From Saccharolobus islandicus REY15A (GTDB taxonomy: Archaea; Thermoproteota; Thermoprotei_A; Sulfolobales; Sulfolobaceae): a stretch of DNA of 64,000 bases. The notes beneath the pieces are model-generated. The model was given only the letters and a program-made list of their open reading frames with translations. It did no database searches and had not been told where the DNA came from. The translations under genes and the position numbers were made by a program. How positions within the stretch are numbered: the first letter of the stretch is position 1; each line of letters opens with the position of its first letter. Shown here in pieces: positions 50,007 through 61,181 of the stretch. The DNA lies in assembly GCF_000189555.1 (NCBI RefSeq), contig NC_017276.1; one strand, 5' to 3'.

Positions 50007-50152
50007 AGTTATATGTATTTTTTAATAACTATAAAAAGGTTTCTATAAGGGGGCTATTCATCCCCTCCCTCACGGAAGGGGACTTTCGCCCCCTTAACCC
50101 CCGTAAAGTTAAAGAGATGGGCTGAAAGGATGGGTATAGAGGAAGAAAAAAG

Positions 50153-50584
50153 TCACTTAACCACTAGTACTGGTATTTTAGCCTCATGAACAATTCTAGA
50201 TGAGACGCTACCTAGGAATATTCTCTTAACAGTTGATAATCCCCTACTTCCAGTAACTATCAAATCAGCTCCCGCTTTTCCGGCATAGTCCATTATTGCA
50301 GTGGCAGGGTCTCCCTCAATATTTACTGCTTCGACATTTTTAACTCCACTATTTATAGCTTTTTCCTTAGCCTCCTCTACGTCTTTTTTAGCCTTATTAT
50401 ACATTTCATTTATCACCTCACTTGGTATTGGACCTAAGCCCATTCCGACCAACACTGAAGTATCTATTACCTCGATTATTGTAAGCCTGGCCTCATATCT
50501 TTTTGCCAAATCAATCGCTACATCTAATGCCCTTTTGGCATTTTCTGAACCATCATATGCTATGACTATATTTTTAAACACCAT
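50153..50584 (-). CDS. Universal stress protein
   Basis: IVIAYDGSEN, DLIVTGSRG, FLGSVSSRIVH. Confidence 0.95.
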   Translation of the reverse strand: MVFKNIVIAYDGSENAKRALDVAIDLAKRYEARLTIIEVIDTSVLVGMGLGPIPSEVINEMYNKAKKDVEEAKEKAINSGVKNVEAVNIEGDPATAIMDYAGKAGADLIVTGSRGLSTVKRIFLGSVSSRIVHEAKIPVLVVK

Positions 50585-50900
50585 ATTTTAAGTCCCGTAA
50601 TAATATAGACATACAAATATAAAAAACTTTAGCTACGTGGGCATGAGCTTGGCGATAAGAAGGAATCAATATCGTATTTAAAAGATTAAAGTCACGGAAT
50701 ATTGCCTCGTTCATTTTCTCAGTCCGTTCTATAGAATTAAAATCGTTCTCCTAAAAATAAATCTATAATATTAAAAAGTGTTTCGTTAAGTCTGACTTAA
50801 TAATCCTTTATATTTAGATATCATCAATAAATGAGAATATAAATAAAAATCTGAAATCTCCTCATCACATTACCCTTGAACAACGTAAATTGAAATTCCG

Positions 50901-51851
50901 TTAGCCAGAAGATAAGTTCTCTTTTATTACCCTATAGGCGTTTTTCCATAAAACCTCTTCCTCATGTCCCTCTATTGCCCTAGCCAACTCCTTAACTCTC
51001 AAGATATTTTCAAACCCTTTTGGTGTTTCACCTATTCCTAGAAAATCAGTACCTATGGCAACGTATTCCCAACCAAACGATTCCCCTAGATATTTTATAC
51101 TCTCAACAATACCATTAATTGTTTGCTCTTTAAGAGTTGATACTATAGCAGTAATGCCCATGACACCCTTAGTCTTAACGATAGCCTCTATCTCCTCATC
51201 GTCTAAATTTCTCTTGTGCTGTTTTAATCTGGTAAAGTTAGTATGGGAATCGATTACTGGTTTCTTAGAGATTGACGTAGCATCTAAAACAGTTCTCTTA
51301 CCAGCATGGGCTAGATCTATTATTATTCCCAGTTTATTAGCCAATTTGACCAATTCCTCACCCTCTGAAGTCAATCCATAATCCTTCTTAGCCATGCATG
51401 ACGATGCGAACTTATTATCGTAATTCCAAGTTAAACCTAAATTTAGAACGTGAAGTTCTTTTAAAAGATATAGATCACTGTAATCTCTTAAAACGTCAAC
51501 ACCTTCTAATGACAATAGTAGTTTAACGCCTTTTGGCTCAATATCATTAGCATTTCTCACAATTTTCACTATACCCTTCCTCTCCAAATAATAGTAAAAC
51601 TTAACTTGATCTAAAAATAGTTCAAGAGAAAAATTCGTTGACCTAGTCGGATTTCCATAAAGGGAAGTTAATTCCTCACTTCTCTCGTCTAAAGTATCAA
51701 CATGGGGGAAAATTGAGGCAAAAATTAACGAGTCGAACTCTTTAAGCATTTTTATACTGGACTGTCTATTACCTTCAATTACATCAATCCCTACTTGGTT
51801 TGAGTAGGCTAGATCCTCGTGAAGGTCTATTAACTTCATTTTTTCCTCCAA
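50901..51851 (-). CDS. Membrane dipeptidase family (peptidase M19)
   Basis: IDLHED, LSLEG, LTWN, IDLAH, DSH, IGTDF. Confidence 0.88.
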   Translation of the reverse strand: MEEKMKLIDLHEDLAYSNQVGIDVIEGNRQSSIKMLKEFDSLIFASIFPHVDTLDERSEELTSLYGNPTRSTNFSLELFLDQVKFYYYLERKGIVKIVRNANDIEPKGVKLLLSLEGVDVLRDYSDLYLLKELHVLNLGLTWNYDNKFASSCMAKKDYGLTSEGEELVKLANKLGIIIDLAHAGKRTVLDATSISKKPVIDSHTNFTRLKQHKRNLDDEEIEAIVKTKGVMGITAIVSTLKEQTINGIVESIKYLGESFGWEYVAIGTDFLGIGETPKGFENILRVKELARAIEGHEEEVLWKNAYRVIKENLSSG

Positions 51852-52980
51852 AGAACTTATAGTACATGTAAATATTTAAAGCCATTATGATACCAGAGGC
51901 CAAGAATGGTAAGTCAATCTGTGATTCTGAGAATAAATAACCGGTTAAGCTTGTCGAACCAGAGGAAGCTGCTAATCTAGTAACTTGATTAATCCCCATT
52001 GCTCTACCTAACTCGTCTTGACTTACCATTTCCGTCATAGCCCTTTGTTGTATAGGTAGTGCTAATATTCTGATGGCAGGAAGTATAAGGTAGATTCCTA
52101 AAGATATTGGAAAGATCCTTATAAGGGGCATTATAATTGAAAGAAGCGCTCCTACACCTCTTGTAATAGCTATGCTCATCACAAATCCCATTTTCTTATC
52201 TAAAAATGGTGCTATGAGGATTAGTGTGGAAGCGATAAGGCTACTAAGGAAAGTGTATATTGACATCTCAGATTTTGGTGTGTGGTATATGATTATGAAG
52301 AACGGAATTAGGAATGGAGTTATTAGACCTACAGATATACCATTTAATAATCCTGTAATTGAGAATTTCCCTATGACGACTTTGCTTTTCAAGGAAGCAG
52401 ACTTAGCCCTTATGTTTTTAGTCCTTATGGGAAGTAGTGCAAAAACTGATAGAAATCCCATTATTATGGCAATCAAAAACTCTTGCTCTGAACTAAATAA
52501 TCCAGCTATAAGTGAGCCAACTGAAGCGGATATTCCAGATAGAAATGTGAAAAGAGAGAAGTAAAACGTTCTATTCTCATTCTCGATTATCTCAGTAATT
52601 AAGGCGTTTTGTATTGGCGCAACAATTCCCCCAATTCCACCTCCAGCAACTGCTCCAGTTGCTGAATACCCTCCTAATGCTGATGCGACAAGAAGTGCTA
52701 TTAGGGAGTGATTTAGGAATAAGAGTAATGCGCTTAATGGTAGCAGAAGCGAAGCTAGGATTAAAGTATTTTTCCTTCCATATAAGTCCGCGAGATAACC
52801 TACAGCTAAGCCAAATATGGCTGTAGCAAAGGTACCAACAGTATATGCAAAACCCAAGATTAATGAGGAATATTTCAACTCAACTAAAACCAAGTAAGGT
52901 AGGATTACAAATATTATACCAGCCGATGAACTTCTTAAAACCCTTGAGATTATTAGTGAAAAAATGCTAACCCTATCCAT
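51784..52980 (-). CDS. MFS transporter
   Basis: GYLADLYGRK motif A; about 12 TM helices. Confidence 0.9.
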   Translation of the reverse strand: MDRVSIFSLIISRVLRSSSAGIIFVILPYLVLVELKYSSLILGFAYTVGTFATAIFGLAVGYLADLYGRKNTLILASLLLPLSALLLFLNHSLIALLVASALGGYSATGAVAGGGIGGIVAPIQNALITEIIENENRTFYFSLFTFLSGISASVGSLIAGLFSSEQEFLIAIIMGFLSVFALLPIRTKNIRAKSASLKSKVVIGKFSITGLLNGISVGLITPFLIPFFIIIYHTPKSEMSIYTFLSSLIASTLILIAPFLDKKMGFVMSIAITRGVGALLSIIMPLIRIFPISLGIYLILPAIRILALPIQQRAMTEMVSQDELGRAMGINQVTRLAASSGSTSLTGYLFSESQIDLPFLASGIIMALNIYMYYKFFGGKNEVNRPSRGSSLLKPSRD

Positions 52981-53016
52981 AAGTTAAAAAATATACTGTT
53001 TGTTAAATAACTATCT

Positions 53017-53850
53017 CTATTCCTCTTCTTCTACCTTTACTTCCACTTCCTTTTCGGCTTCTTCAACAGCTTTCTTCATTTCGTCAACATCCTTTTGCGG
53101 TAATGGTTGTATTGAAACTGACCAATTAGTCATTTTCAAATACTTATCCCATTTTACAACAATTCCATTATCAGTTATATCCATTGGATGCCTAACCATC
53201 GATATCTTAGTATCCCTCATCTTCCACACGATTATTGACCTATACATTACACCCTCAACTTCATCAAGGTCTAACCTTATTATACCATCAACTGCGTGTT
53301 CCACACCTGGCCCACCAAATCCCCTTTCCCCAACTGAAACTTGACTTACGAAAATCGCAGTACATCCTAGACCGGAAATAACTCTCTTCAATTGCATTAC
53401 AATACTCCTAGCCATCGCTGGTTTCGTTAAGTAAAGCGTACTTACTGAGTCCACAACGATTCTAGTAGCATTTGTATCCTTTATTGCAGCTCTAATGTTT
53501 TCTGATAACTCCTTAACATCATCTATGTTTTTCACAACGTACCTCTCCCTTTGTGCGGCACTACCAATTCCACCTGTAAATGCGTCAATTATTGCGAATT
53601 TCCCTTCCCTTTCATATTTTCTCACATCCCATCCAAAGTGTTCAAAGCTTCTACGTACAGAGACGGGATGTTCCTCTAAGGCTACAAATACACCTCCTTC
53701 ACCCTTTGTTAACCCGTTATATAGGAATTGTTTTCCTAAAATTGATTTACCAGTTCCCGGTCCACCTGAAACTAACACTATGTGCCTTTCTGGAATTCCA
53801 CCGTAAAGGATTTCATCTAGCCCAGGTATATATGTCTTTACTCTTTTCAT
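53017..53850 (-). CDS. KaiC/RAD55-like single-domain ATPase
   Basis: [35 protein letters not shown]. Confidence 0.9.
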   Translation of the reverse strand: MKRVKTYIPGLDEILYGGIPERHIVLVSGGPGTGKSILGKQFLYNGLTKGEGGVFVALEEHPVSVRRSFEHFGWDVRKYEREGKFAIIDAFTGGIGSAAQRERYVVKNIDDVKELSENIRAAIKDTNATRIVVDSVSTLYLTKPAMARSIVMQLKRVISGLGCTAIFVSQVSVGERGFGGPGVEHAVDGIIRLDLDEVEGVMYRSIIVWKMRDTKISMVRHPMDITDNGIVVKWDKYLKMTNWSVSIQPLPQKDVDEMKKAVEEAEKEVEVKVEEEE

Positions 53851-54006
53851 AAGATATTATAATTTGTAAGGCATATAAAAGTTGGTTGATGATTGCTTCT
53901 TTGTTCACAACAAGTTACATTCCTAAATTATAGCTTCTATATAACTTATTCGTCATATATATTCTATGTAGGCAAGGCTTATTTTCTAACATAAGACTTC
54001 TTATAC

Positions 54007-54843
54007 ATGGATTACATATTAATTGGCGTAATCCTAGGAATCGTACAAGGAATAAGTGAGTGGATACCAATAAGTAGTAAAACTCAAGTATTAATCGTCT
54101 CATCATCACTTTTAGGTCTCTCCTTCAGCGTAGCATACTCCTTTGGTCTATTCATGGAAATTGGGACAATCGCCGCTGCAATAATCTACTTCAGAAGGGA
54201 GATTTCAGGATTATTAAAGGCACTTGTTAGGATGTCCTCCAGAAGAGAAGATTACCTACTCTTGAAGTTCTTGGTAATCGTAACGATAATTACTGGGCTC
54301 ATGGGAGTGCCCCTTTACCTTTTCGTCATCTCTTTACCAATTTTAGGGTTACCAATGACAGTACTAGGAGTAGTCTTACTAATTGACGGAATTATAATCT
54401 ACTTATCAAGGAAGAATTATATCCCTAGAAAAGGGTTACACGACTTGAGGTTAAGGGATATAATAATCGTTGGAATCGCACAAGGGTTGGCAGCTCTTCC
54501 CGGCGTCAGTAGATCTGGAATAACCACATCTGCGTTAATATTGTTAGGCGTAAAGCCAGAGGAAGCGTTTAAACTATCCTTTATTTCATTAATACCAGCC
54601 GCACTAGGTGCAATAGGTGTGACTGTACTTTTCAGCAAGCATGAGGTTTCACAAGCAGTTCACTCGGTAAGCCTATCCGGTTTGTTAATTTCAATCGTAG
54701 TTGCTACATTTGTTAGTATCTTCTTCATTAATGCATTATTGAGATTTGCTAGGACGAATAAGGTAGTTGTACTCGTAATAATCTTGGGGATTATAGCAAT
54801 TATTAGCGGAATCTTAAGTGGTATTGCAAAAGGTTTTTATTAA
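54007..54843 (+). CDS. uppP: Undecaprenyl-diphosphate phosphatase (BacA/UppP family)
   Basis: QGISEWIPISS and LPGVSRSGIT motifs. Confidence 0.92.
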   Translation: MDYILIGVILGIVQGISEWIPISSKTQVLIVSSSLLGLSFSVAYSFGLFMEIGTIAAAIIYFRREISGLLKALVRMSSRREDYLLLKFLVIVTIITGLMGVPLYLFVISLPILGLPMTVLGVVLLIDGIIIYLSRKNYIPRKGLHDLRLRDIIIVGIAQGLAALPGVSRSGITTSALILLGVKPEEAFKLSFISLIPAALGAIGVTVLFSKHEVSQAVHSVSLSGLLISIVVATFVSIFFINALLRFARTNKVVVLVIILGIIAIISGILSGIAKGFY

Positions 54844-54863
54844 GAGATATACAAAGTTTTATC

Positions 54864-55799
54864 ATGGATGTAAAACAAAGGTTAATATCGAGTATGGTTA
54901 TCTCATTAGGTCTAACTATTATATCAGAGGGCATAGTATTAATGGGAATAGCCTCTCTACTTCATTTATCTTTATTTTTTATATTTCCAGCTCTCGTAAT
55001 TTTTTGGTTATTCCAATGGATTATATCTCCTTATGTAGTGGGAAGAGGTGGTTATGAGGTTTTTCCAAACGATCCACAGTACGGCTGGCTTTACAATTTA
55101 GTTAGGAAAATAGCGGAAGAGTCTAAAATTAAACCCCCTAGGGTTTTCGTGATTGACGCACCTTATCCTAATGCCTTTGCTTACGGCAATAGATTAAGCG
55201 GGATGAGAGTTGGAATAACTTTACCCCTATTAAATATCCTTAACATTGATGAATTAACTGCAGTTATAGCTCATGAAATAGGGCACATAAAGCATAGAGA
55301 TGTTGAGATAGGTATGACAATAGGTCTAATTCCTACAGTATTAGGATATATTAGTACGCTACTGATGAATTTCGGATATTTGGCAATATTCCTTGCAGCT
55401 GATGAAATTGAACTATTATTCGCTATAGCAGCGTTGGCTATAGGATTTGTTATCTTCATTGTAACTTTCATCTTACAAATATTCGTCTTATGGTTTAATA
55501 GGCTTAGAGAATCCTATGCGGATTATAACTCATTTCTAGTATTAGGAGAGGGATCGAAGGCTTTAGCTACCGCGTTAGCTAAAATTGAAATTTATATGCA
55601 AAATATCAGGATTGACCCGTTTACTGGAATTATAGTGACAGCACCACGAGTAAAGGTTGAAGAGAAAGATCCTTACTTGCTGGTTGAACAGTGGTTGAGA
55701 ACTAAGGTTAGTGTATTTAAGGACATTTTATCCACTCATCCTTATCCAGCTAGGAGAGCACAAATGATTTACAGGTTAATCTATGGTAGTGATATATAG
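54864..55799 (+). CDS. htpX: HtpX-family M48 zinc metalloprotease
   Basis: PNAFA, AHEIGHIKHRD, RLRESYAD, STHP. Confidence 0.9.
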   Translation: MDVKQRLISSMVISLGLTIISEGIVLMGIASLLHLSLFFIFPALVIFWLFQWIISPYVVGRGGYEVFPNDPQYGWLYNLVRKIAEESKIKPPRVFVIDAPYPNAFAYGNRLSGMRVGITLPLLNILNIDELTAVIAHEIGHIKHRDVEIGMTIGLIPTVLGYISTLLMNFGYLAIFLAADEIELLFAIAALAIGFVIFIVTFILQIFVLWFNRLRESYADYNSFLVLGEGSKALATALAKIEIYMQNIRIDPFTGIIVTAPRVKVEEKDPYLLVEQWLRTKVSVFKDILSTHPYPARRAQMIYRLIYGSDI

Positions 55800-56064
55800 T
55801 TTTATCATAATAAATATTATATACTCTCTATATAGAGAATCTTTACAATGATCCATAAAAACGTAGAGAATAATGAAATTCAATGAAATAAAATTCGATA
55901 TACGTATTCTAGCATAGTATTATCGCTAGAATACAGTTTGACCTATCAACGTCCATACTTGGAGACAGTTTGACGGGAATTTTAGGGAATTTGGTAAGGC
56001 AGGGAATCGTTAGAGCTGTTGGCCATTAATACTTATATTTCTACATTCCCTTATTTTTATACAT

Positions 56065-56694
56065 ATGAGCATACTAGCAATTTATAATCATTCAATGGAA
56101 ACACTAGGTACGTTAAAGAAATTCTTACCTCGCGTTAAGGAAATAATGGCTGAAGAACTTAAGGGAGACGAACAATTTGAAGCGTTAATAATAATGGGAG
56201 GACCGATGGGAGTTTATGAAAGGGATAAATATCACTTTTTAAACGTAGAGATGGAATTAGTAAAAAACGCGTATAAGCAAAACAAGAGAGTATTGGGAAT
56301 TTGCTTAGGTTCCCAGTTAATTGCCGAAGCCTTAGGCGGTAAAGTAATTAAGGGTGGTTTTGGACAAGAAATTGGTGTTCAAAAAGTTAGGTTGTTGGGA
56401 GAGTTAAAGGATTTTATGGGTAGCGAGGAGTTATTAGTATTCCAATGGCACGGTGATACATTCTCGTTGCCAGAAAATGGTGTATTGCTGGGCTATAGCA
56501 ACAAATATTTCCAAGTGTTTAGGCTAAAAAGAACTTTAGGCATACAATTTCACGTTGAGGTAGATTCGGAAATGATTAGTAAATGGGTAAAACTATATGG
56601 AGGAAATGAAAGTATGGTTGAAGATGTAAAGAAATTTGAGAATGAACTTAAGAACTCCGCGTCAAAATTGATAAAGTATTGGATGAAATTATAA
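56065..56694 (+). CDS. Class I glutamine amidotransferase
   Basis: MGGPMG, LGICLGSQ (Cys), WHGD, QFHVE. Confidence 0.9.
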   Translation: MSILAIYNHSMETLGTLKKFLPRVKEIMAEELKGDEQFEALIIMGGPMGVYERDKYHFLNVEMELVKNAYKQNKRVLGICLGSQLIAEALGGKVIKGGFGQEIGVQKVRLLGELKDFMGSEELLVFQWHGDTFSLPENGVLLGYSNKYFQVFRLKRTLGIQFHVEVDSEMISKWVKLYGGNESMVEDVKKFENELKNSASKLIKYWMKL

Positions 56695-56921
56695 CTTTTT
56701 TATCAATTCAGAGCTTGACATTACACCCCTTTTTCCAAATAAGCCATTATCATCACTTACAAAACATGATTAAGGTGTAAAGTCTCGCTGCGGAGATGGA
56801 TAGTCCTATCTCATTCATTAGCTTAAATAACGCATCTCCTACTTTCATTACCAAATAATATGGACTTAATTATTTAAAATTAATAGGAAAAAGAGGGAAA
56901 GAGAGAAAAATAATTAGTTTG

Positions 56922-57443
56922 CTAAGAATCTACCTTTACAATAATCTGGAACTTATTTCCATATGCCGCTGACTGTCCATCAGCATCCCACACTTTTATA
57001 ATATAAGTCCCTGGTGATATTGGGTGAGGCAATTGCAAGATTACCGTAGAATTTTGCCCTAATGGGACTTCTATACCAACACCATAATTCCCTATCTTAA
57101 TTGGCTTAGATGGATGTAGAGGGAATTCATTCTTTATGCTACTGCTTGGCAAAATACCTAGTTGTTGACCAGTCCATTGATATAATACTGTACCGTTTGG
57201 ATATAGTAGTTGGACCAGTACTATGAAACCACCATAGGTATCTGGACCAGCAGTCCTAGCTACTTGTAGGAACAATGTGCCATTTTCGTATAATCTAGTA
57301 CCCACAAGAGAGTAGGCTGGAGTTTTAGAATAGTTGGTTAAATTTCCAAGCCCTTGAAAGTTTATCTGGTATAATCCTAGTGTCACACCCGTACTAAATA
57401 GTATCATAATGATTGCAATTATTGTTATAACCTTGCCATTCAT
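56922..57443 (-). CDS. doxA: Thiosulfate:quinone oxidoreductase small subunit DoxA
   Basis: RTAGPDTYG motif; immediately downstream of doxD. Confidence 0.85.
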   Translation of the reverse strand: MNGKVITIIAIIMILFSTGVTLGLYQINFQGLGNLTNYSKTPAYSLVGTRLYENGTLFLQVARTAGPDTYGGFIVLVQLLYPNGTVLYQWTGQQLGILPSSSIKNEFPLHPSKPIKIGNYGVGIEVPLGQNSTVILQLPHPISPGTYIIKVWDADGQSAAYGNKFQIIVKVDS

Positions 57444-57449
57444 CCTTCA

Positions 57450-57971
57450 TCACCATAGGGGTATGTTATATTTACCAACCCTTATTCCCTTTGACTTTTT
57501 AGCTAAGAGGTAGTCAATTGAAAACCATCTACTCCCAGTGAAGACAAACATGAACGCAGCAGCGCCCTCAACTGCTGCTATTTGCCACTCATCAACGCAT
57601 GTTGAACCTAACCATCCAGCAGCCAAACCTATTCCCCAAGCTAATCCAGCTAGTACGAGTCCTGACAGTCTCGTTAGGAACCCTAATATCATGAACAACC
57701 CGAAAATAGCTTCCAATGCTGTAAATAATATTATAAACTCGTAGAGTAAGCTGGGGTTTAACAGAATGTTTTCTAACATTCCCTTAATTGGAGCCCATGC
57801 GTGAGGAAGGAACGTTATTAATTTTCCTCCTACATATGCGCTACTATTTGGGTCTAGTTTAGCTGGTACATTAATAGCTCTTCTAACGAAGGCTGAGAAG
57901 AACATAAATCCTAATGTTATTCTAAGTATGGGAAGGAACTTTTGGGTTTCCTCTACTGCAACTTGAGCCAT
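57450..57971 (-). CDS. doxD: Thiosulfate:quinone oxidoreductase subunit DoxD
   Basis: DoxX-like TM fold; KLDPNS and [12 protein letters not shown]. Confidence 0.88.
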   Translation of the reverse strand: MAQVAVEETQKFLPILRITLGFMFFSAFVRRAINVPAKLDPNSSAYVGGKLITFLPHAWAPIKGMLENILLNPSLLYEFIILFTALEAIFGLFMILGFLTRLSGLVLAGLAWGIGLAAGWLGSTCVDEWQIAAVEGAAAFMFVFTGSRWFSIDYLLAKKSKGIRVGKYNIPLW

Positions 57972-58420
57972 AATCCATCATCATTAACTATATCTCATTA
58001 GAAGTTTATAAAGTTAGTTAGCAATAAATGTTAAATGTTTCTTTTTTTAAAGTAGTATCTACTATATAAAATGATATTATATGAGATAAAGAAAGGAGGT
58101 CTCATCATTAGAGTAACAGTGTGAAGCAAATTTACACATGCCTTAAAGACAAAAAGAGGATTTGTAGCCAATACGACACTTTCAAAAAACACAATTAGAT
58201 TATAAGGTTTCTGTCTTAAATCAGTAAAATCTTATTATTTACCTTTAAATAGAAAATAAACATTAACGGAAATATTCATGAAAATTATAAAATGTAGTGG
58301 TTTTCCGATAAATGGTATTCATACTTTTGTATCGTGACTTGTTTCTTCTCACTGGGGAACAGAATACTGCTTAACATAAAGGATGTTATCTCTCTCAGAA
58401 AATCGGTTAAGCTTCATCAT

Positions 58421-58719
58421 CTAGACTGTAATTCTTTCATGTAACTACTCGTTATTTTTAATTACTTCTAAATACCGTTTTGATTAAATAATGTTTATAT
58501 AGTATTACACTGTATTTTTTATTGATGATCTCCCAACTGATGACGGGCACTGCTCACGAGGTTTGGGGAGTGATAAAAGTGTGGATGGGAGGGTAGTGGT
58601 GTTTCCCTCGACCAGCCCCAATGATTTAAGGGTGACTGTGTATGATCCCTTAGGAGGGGTGCCCGTGGTGGAATTAGAAGTGATTAAAAGTAAGGAAAAG
58701 TTACGCCACGGGTAAACAC
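58421..58719 (+). repeat. 299-bp non-autonomous mobile element, copy A
   Basis: CTAGACTG...GGTAAACAC; internal TATA TTTATATA (58494-58501); near identical to 42945..43243. Confidence 0.88.
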
Positions 58720-58767
58720 AAACAACCTCTCTCTTTTATATACTTTAATTTCCTATTTTTTAATAAG

Positions 58768-59958
58768 ATGATAACTCTCGTTGGAAAGATATTCAATGGA
58801 GAAAGAATTATTGAACAAGGCACAGTAATTGTAGAAAATAATAAGATTGAAAGAATCGTAGAAGGAATCGAGATTCCTCAAGGAAGTAAGGTTATTCATG
58901 GCAATTTCATAATGCCAGGATTAGTCGATTCCCATTTGCATTTCTTCGGAGTTGAAGAGGATAACGTTCTCTCTTGGAATATAGTTAACGAAATTGACGC
59001 TGCAATAAGGAGTACTAGGGACATGGAAAGACTATTACGTTCAGGATTTACCCTAGTAAGGGATTTGGGAAGTAAGGTCGCAGTTAGGTTAGATTACCTT
59101 CAGAGAAGAGGGGAAATATTAGGACCAACTGTGATCGCCTCTGGATACTCTTTAGCGATCACTGGCGGTAACGATGATCCTAAGGATTTACCAATAGACA
59201 TTGCACAAAGACTTTCATACTCATTCTACTGTGATTCCCCTTATGAGTGCAGAAAGGTTGTAAGAATGGCAGTAAGGCAAGGTGCTAGGGTAATAAAAGT
59301 TTACGCCTCTGGAGCATTTTCTCAAGGTGGAAAAATCTTACCGGGGTTAGCATTGGATGAGCTTAAGGCCATAGTTGACGAATCACATAGGTTTAATTTG
59401 AAAGTGGCGTCTCACGCTTACGGAAAAGATGCAATCATGAACTCAATTTTAGCTGGTGTGGATACAATAGAACATGGCTTAGGATTGGATGATGAAACTG
59501 CGAGCATGATTAAGGAAAGGGGAATTTGTTACATTCCGACGTTAGCTACTTATGAAATTCCATTTGAGGTAAGAGATCCAGAAGCTAAGGTTTTCAGAGA
59601 AGAGTTAGTTAAGAGACATTTCAGAGAAGATATGAGTATCGCCGTTTCCCATAAATTGAAAATAGCTACTGGTACGGATTACGTGGGATCTAAGAGGAGA
59701 TCTCATGGACAGAACTATAGAGAAGCTGTGTTGCTATCTAAATATATGAGCAATTTAGAGGTATTAAGGGCATCAACTTCAATAGCTTCCGAATGCCTTG
59801 ACGTTAAGGCTGGTTATATAAGGGAAGGGTATAGTGCTGACTTAATAGTATTAAAGGATGATCCCACTAAGGATATTGAGAACTTGAAGCCCACTAACGT
59901 TTTATACGTTATTAAGGATGGCAGATTATATACTGGTTATGGATTGTATCAAGAATAA
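58768..59958 (+). CDS. Metal-dependent amidohydrolase (Xaa-Pro dipeptidase-like)
   Basis: MPGLVDSHLH, IKVY (Lys), SHAYG, IEHG, GTD. Confidence 0.9.
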   Translation: MITLVGKIFNGERIIEQGTVIVENNKIERIVEGIEIPQGSKVIHGNFIMPGLVDSHLHFFGVEEDNVLSWNIVNEIDAAIRSTRDMERLLRSGFTLVRDLGSKVAVRLDYLQRRGEILGPTVIASGYSLAITGGNDDPKDLPIDIAQRLSYSFYCDSPYECRKVVRMAVRQGARVIKVYASGAFSQGGKILPGLALDELKAIVDESHRFNLKVASHAYGKDAIMNSILAGVDTIEHGLGLDDETASMIKERGICYIPTLATYEIPFEVRDPEAKVFREELVKRHFREDMSIAVSHKLKIATGTDYVGSKRRSHGQNYREAVLLSKYMSNLEVLRASTSIASECLDVKAGYIREGYSADLIVLKDDPTKDIENLKPTNVLYVIKDGRLYTGYGLYQE

Positions 59959-61146
59959 CTAATCTTTTCTAACCGCTTCTATAACGGTTAATTTGGAGGC
60001 CTTCCATTCAGGATATATACCAGCTATAATACTCGTCACTAAGGCTATTGCAATTGAGATTCCAACGTCAGACATTGAGAGAAGCGGACGTATGAGTATA
60101 AGTAAATTTGAACCATTACTTGAACCTGAGTTAAACGGTATACCATTTATGTCTAACAAATATGTCCCCACAAAAGTTAATGGTAATCCTACAATTCCTC
60201 CAATTACCCCTACAATAAGTGCTTCTAATAAGAAGGTTAATAAGATTTGTCTAGTTGTTAGCCCTTAGGGTTTTCATTATTCCAATTTCCCTAGTTCTCT
60301 GATAAACTCTAGCTAAGGTTATCCCCATTATTCCAACGGCACCAACGAATAGTGATATAGATCCTATTAATATTACTAGAAACGAGAAGCTCGTTATTAT
60401 AACTTGAACAGATGATACTGCTTGCTGTATTGTAGTTACCGTTAAGGAGTTTCCGTAAATGTAGCTTAATAGAGTGGTGATCGTGTTAATTTCACTTATA
60501 CTACCAGCTTGCAATACTACTAGAAAATAGCCCAGAGGATTTATCAGCGCCCTGGCCTCACTTAATGGAATGAAAATTGCATCTGAGGTATCACCTATGA
60601 CAACGGATTGGGTTGATTGTAATACACCATATACTGTTAAGGGAACCATGTTTCCATTAGATAGTTTTAGAATTATCGTTGAACTAGGTTGAATGGTTAT
60701 ATTTGGAATGGGATGTGCTATATCATGGCCTATTACTGCGTATGGCACCGTCACTGGGGGATACACTGTGCCATTCTCAAGTTCCACCTTTCCTACCAAT
60801 GACGATATGTTATCCACACCTATTACTAGAACATTAATAACCCTCCCCCTATTTGAACTATGCCATGGGCTTCAATTACCGGATATACTGCATATATGCC
60901 AGGTAAGGAGCTCATAAAGGAGACGTCCGTTGGTGATACGTAACCTATCTCATTAAAAACGTAAATGTTGGTAGGATTAAGTTGAAAAAGCGTGAAAATT
61001 ACTGAATGCTCCACTCCTTGACTAAAAGCTTCTATGAATGAAACGCTGGTTATTCCGATCATGATGGCTATAATTGATATTATGGCTAAAGTTCTCCTAG
61101 CCATTAAGCCCTTATAAGCAAGCCATAAGATATCTATAGCATTCAT
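59959..61146 (-). pseudogene. MacB/FtsX-type ABC permease with two frameshifts
   Basis: Three consecutive ORF pieces: a -1 shift in a G5 run at about 60845 and a +1 shift at about 60267; RTREIGIMKTL and AGIYPEWKASKL motifs. Confidence 0.85.
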
Positions 61147-61181
61147 AATGCACTTTAACCAATCTAGCATTAAAAAATCTA

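Larger units (their letters stand above)
48381..50108 (-). mobile_element. IS200/IS605-family element with tnpA and tnpB (ISC1733-like, 1728 bp)
   Basis: Right end TTCAC (48381-48385); left-end hairpin AAGGGGG-CGAAAG-TCCCCTT; preceded by TTTAA (50113-50109). Confidence 0.92.

Noticed and set aside
58523-58543. Box C/D or K-loop motif (TGATGA...CTGA) in the 299-bp element
   Set aside because: Only an 8-nt spacing and very short motifs, with no guide region; not supportable without L7Ae binding data.
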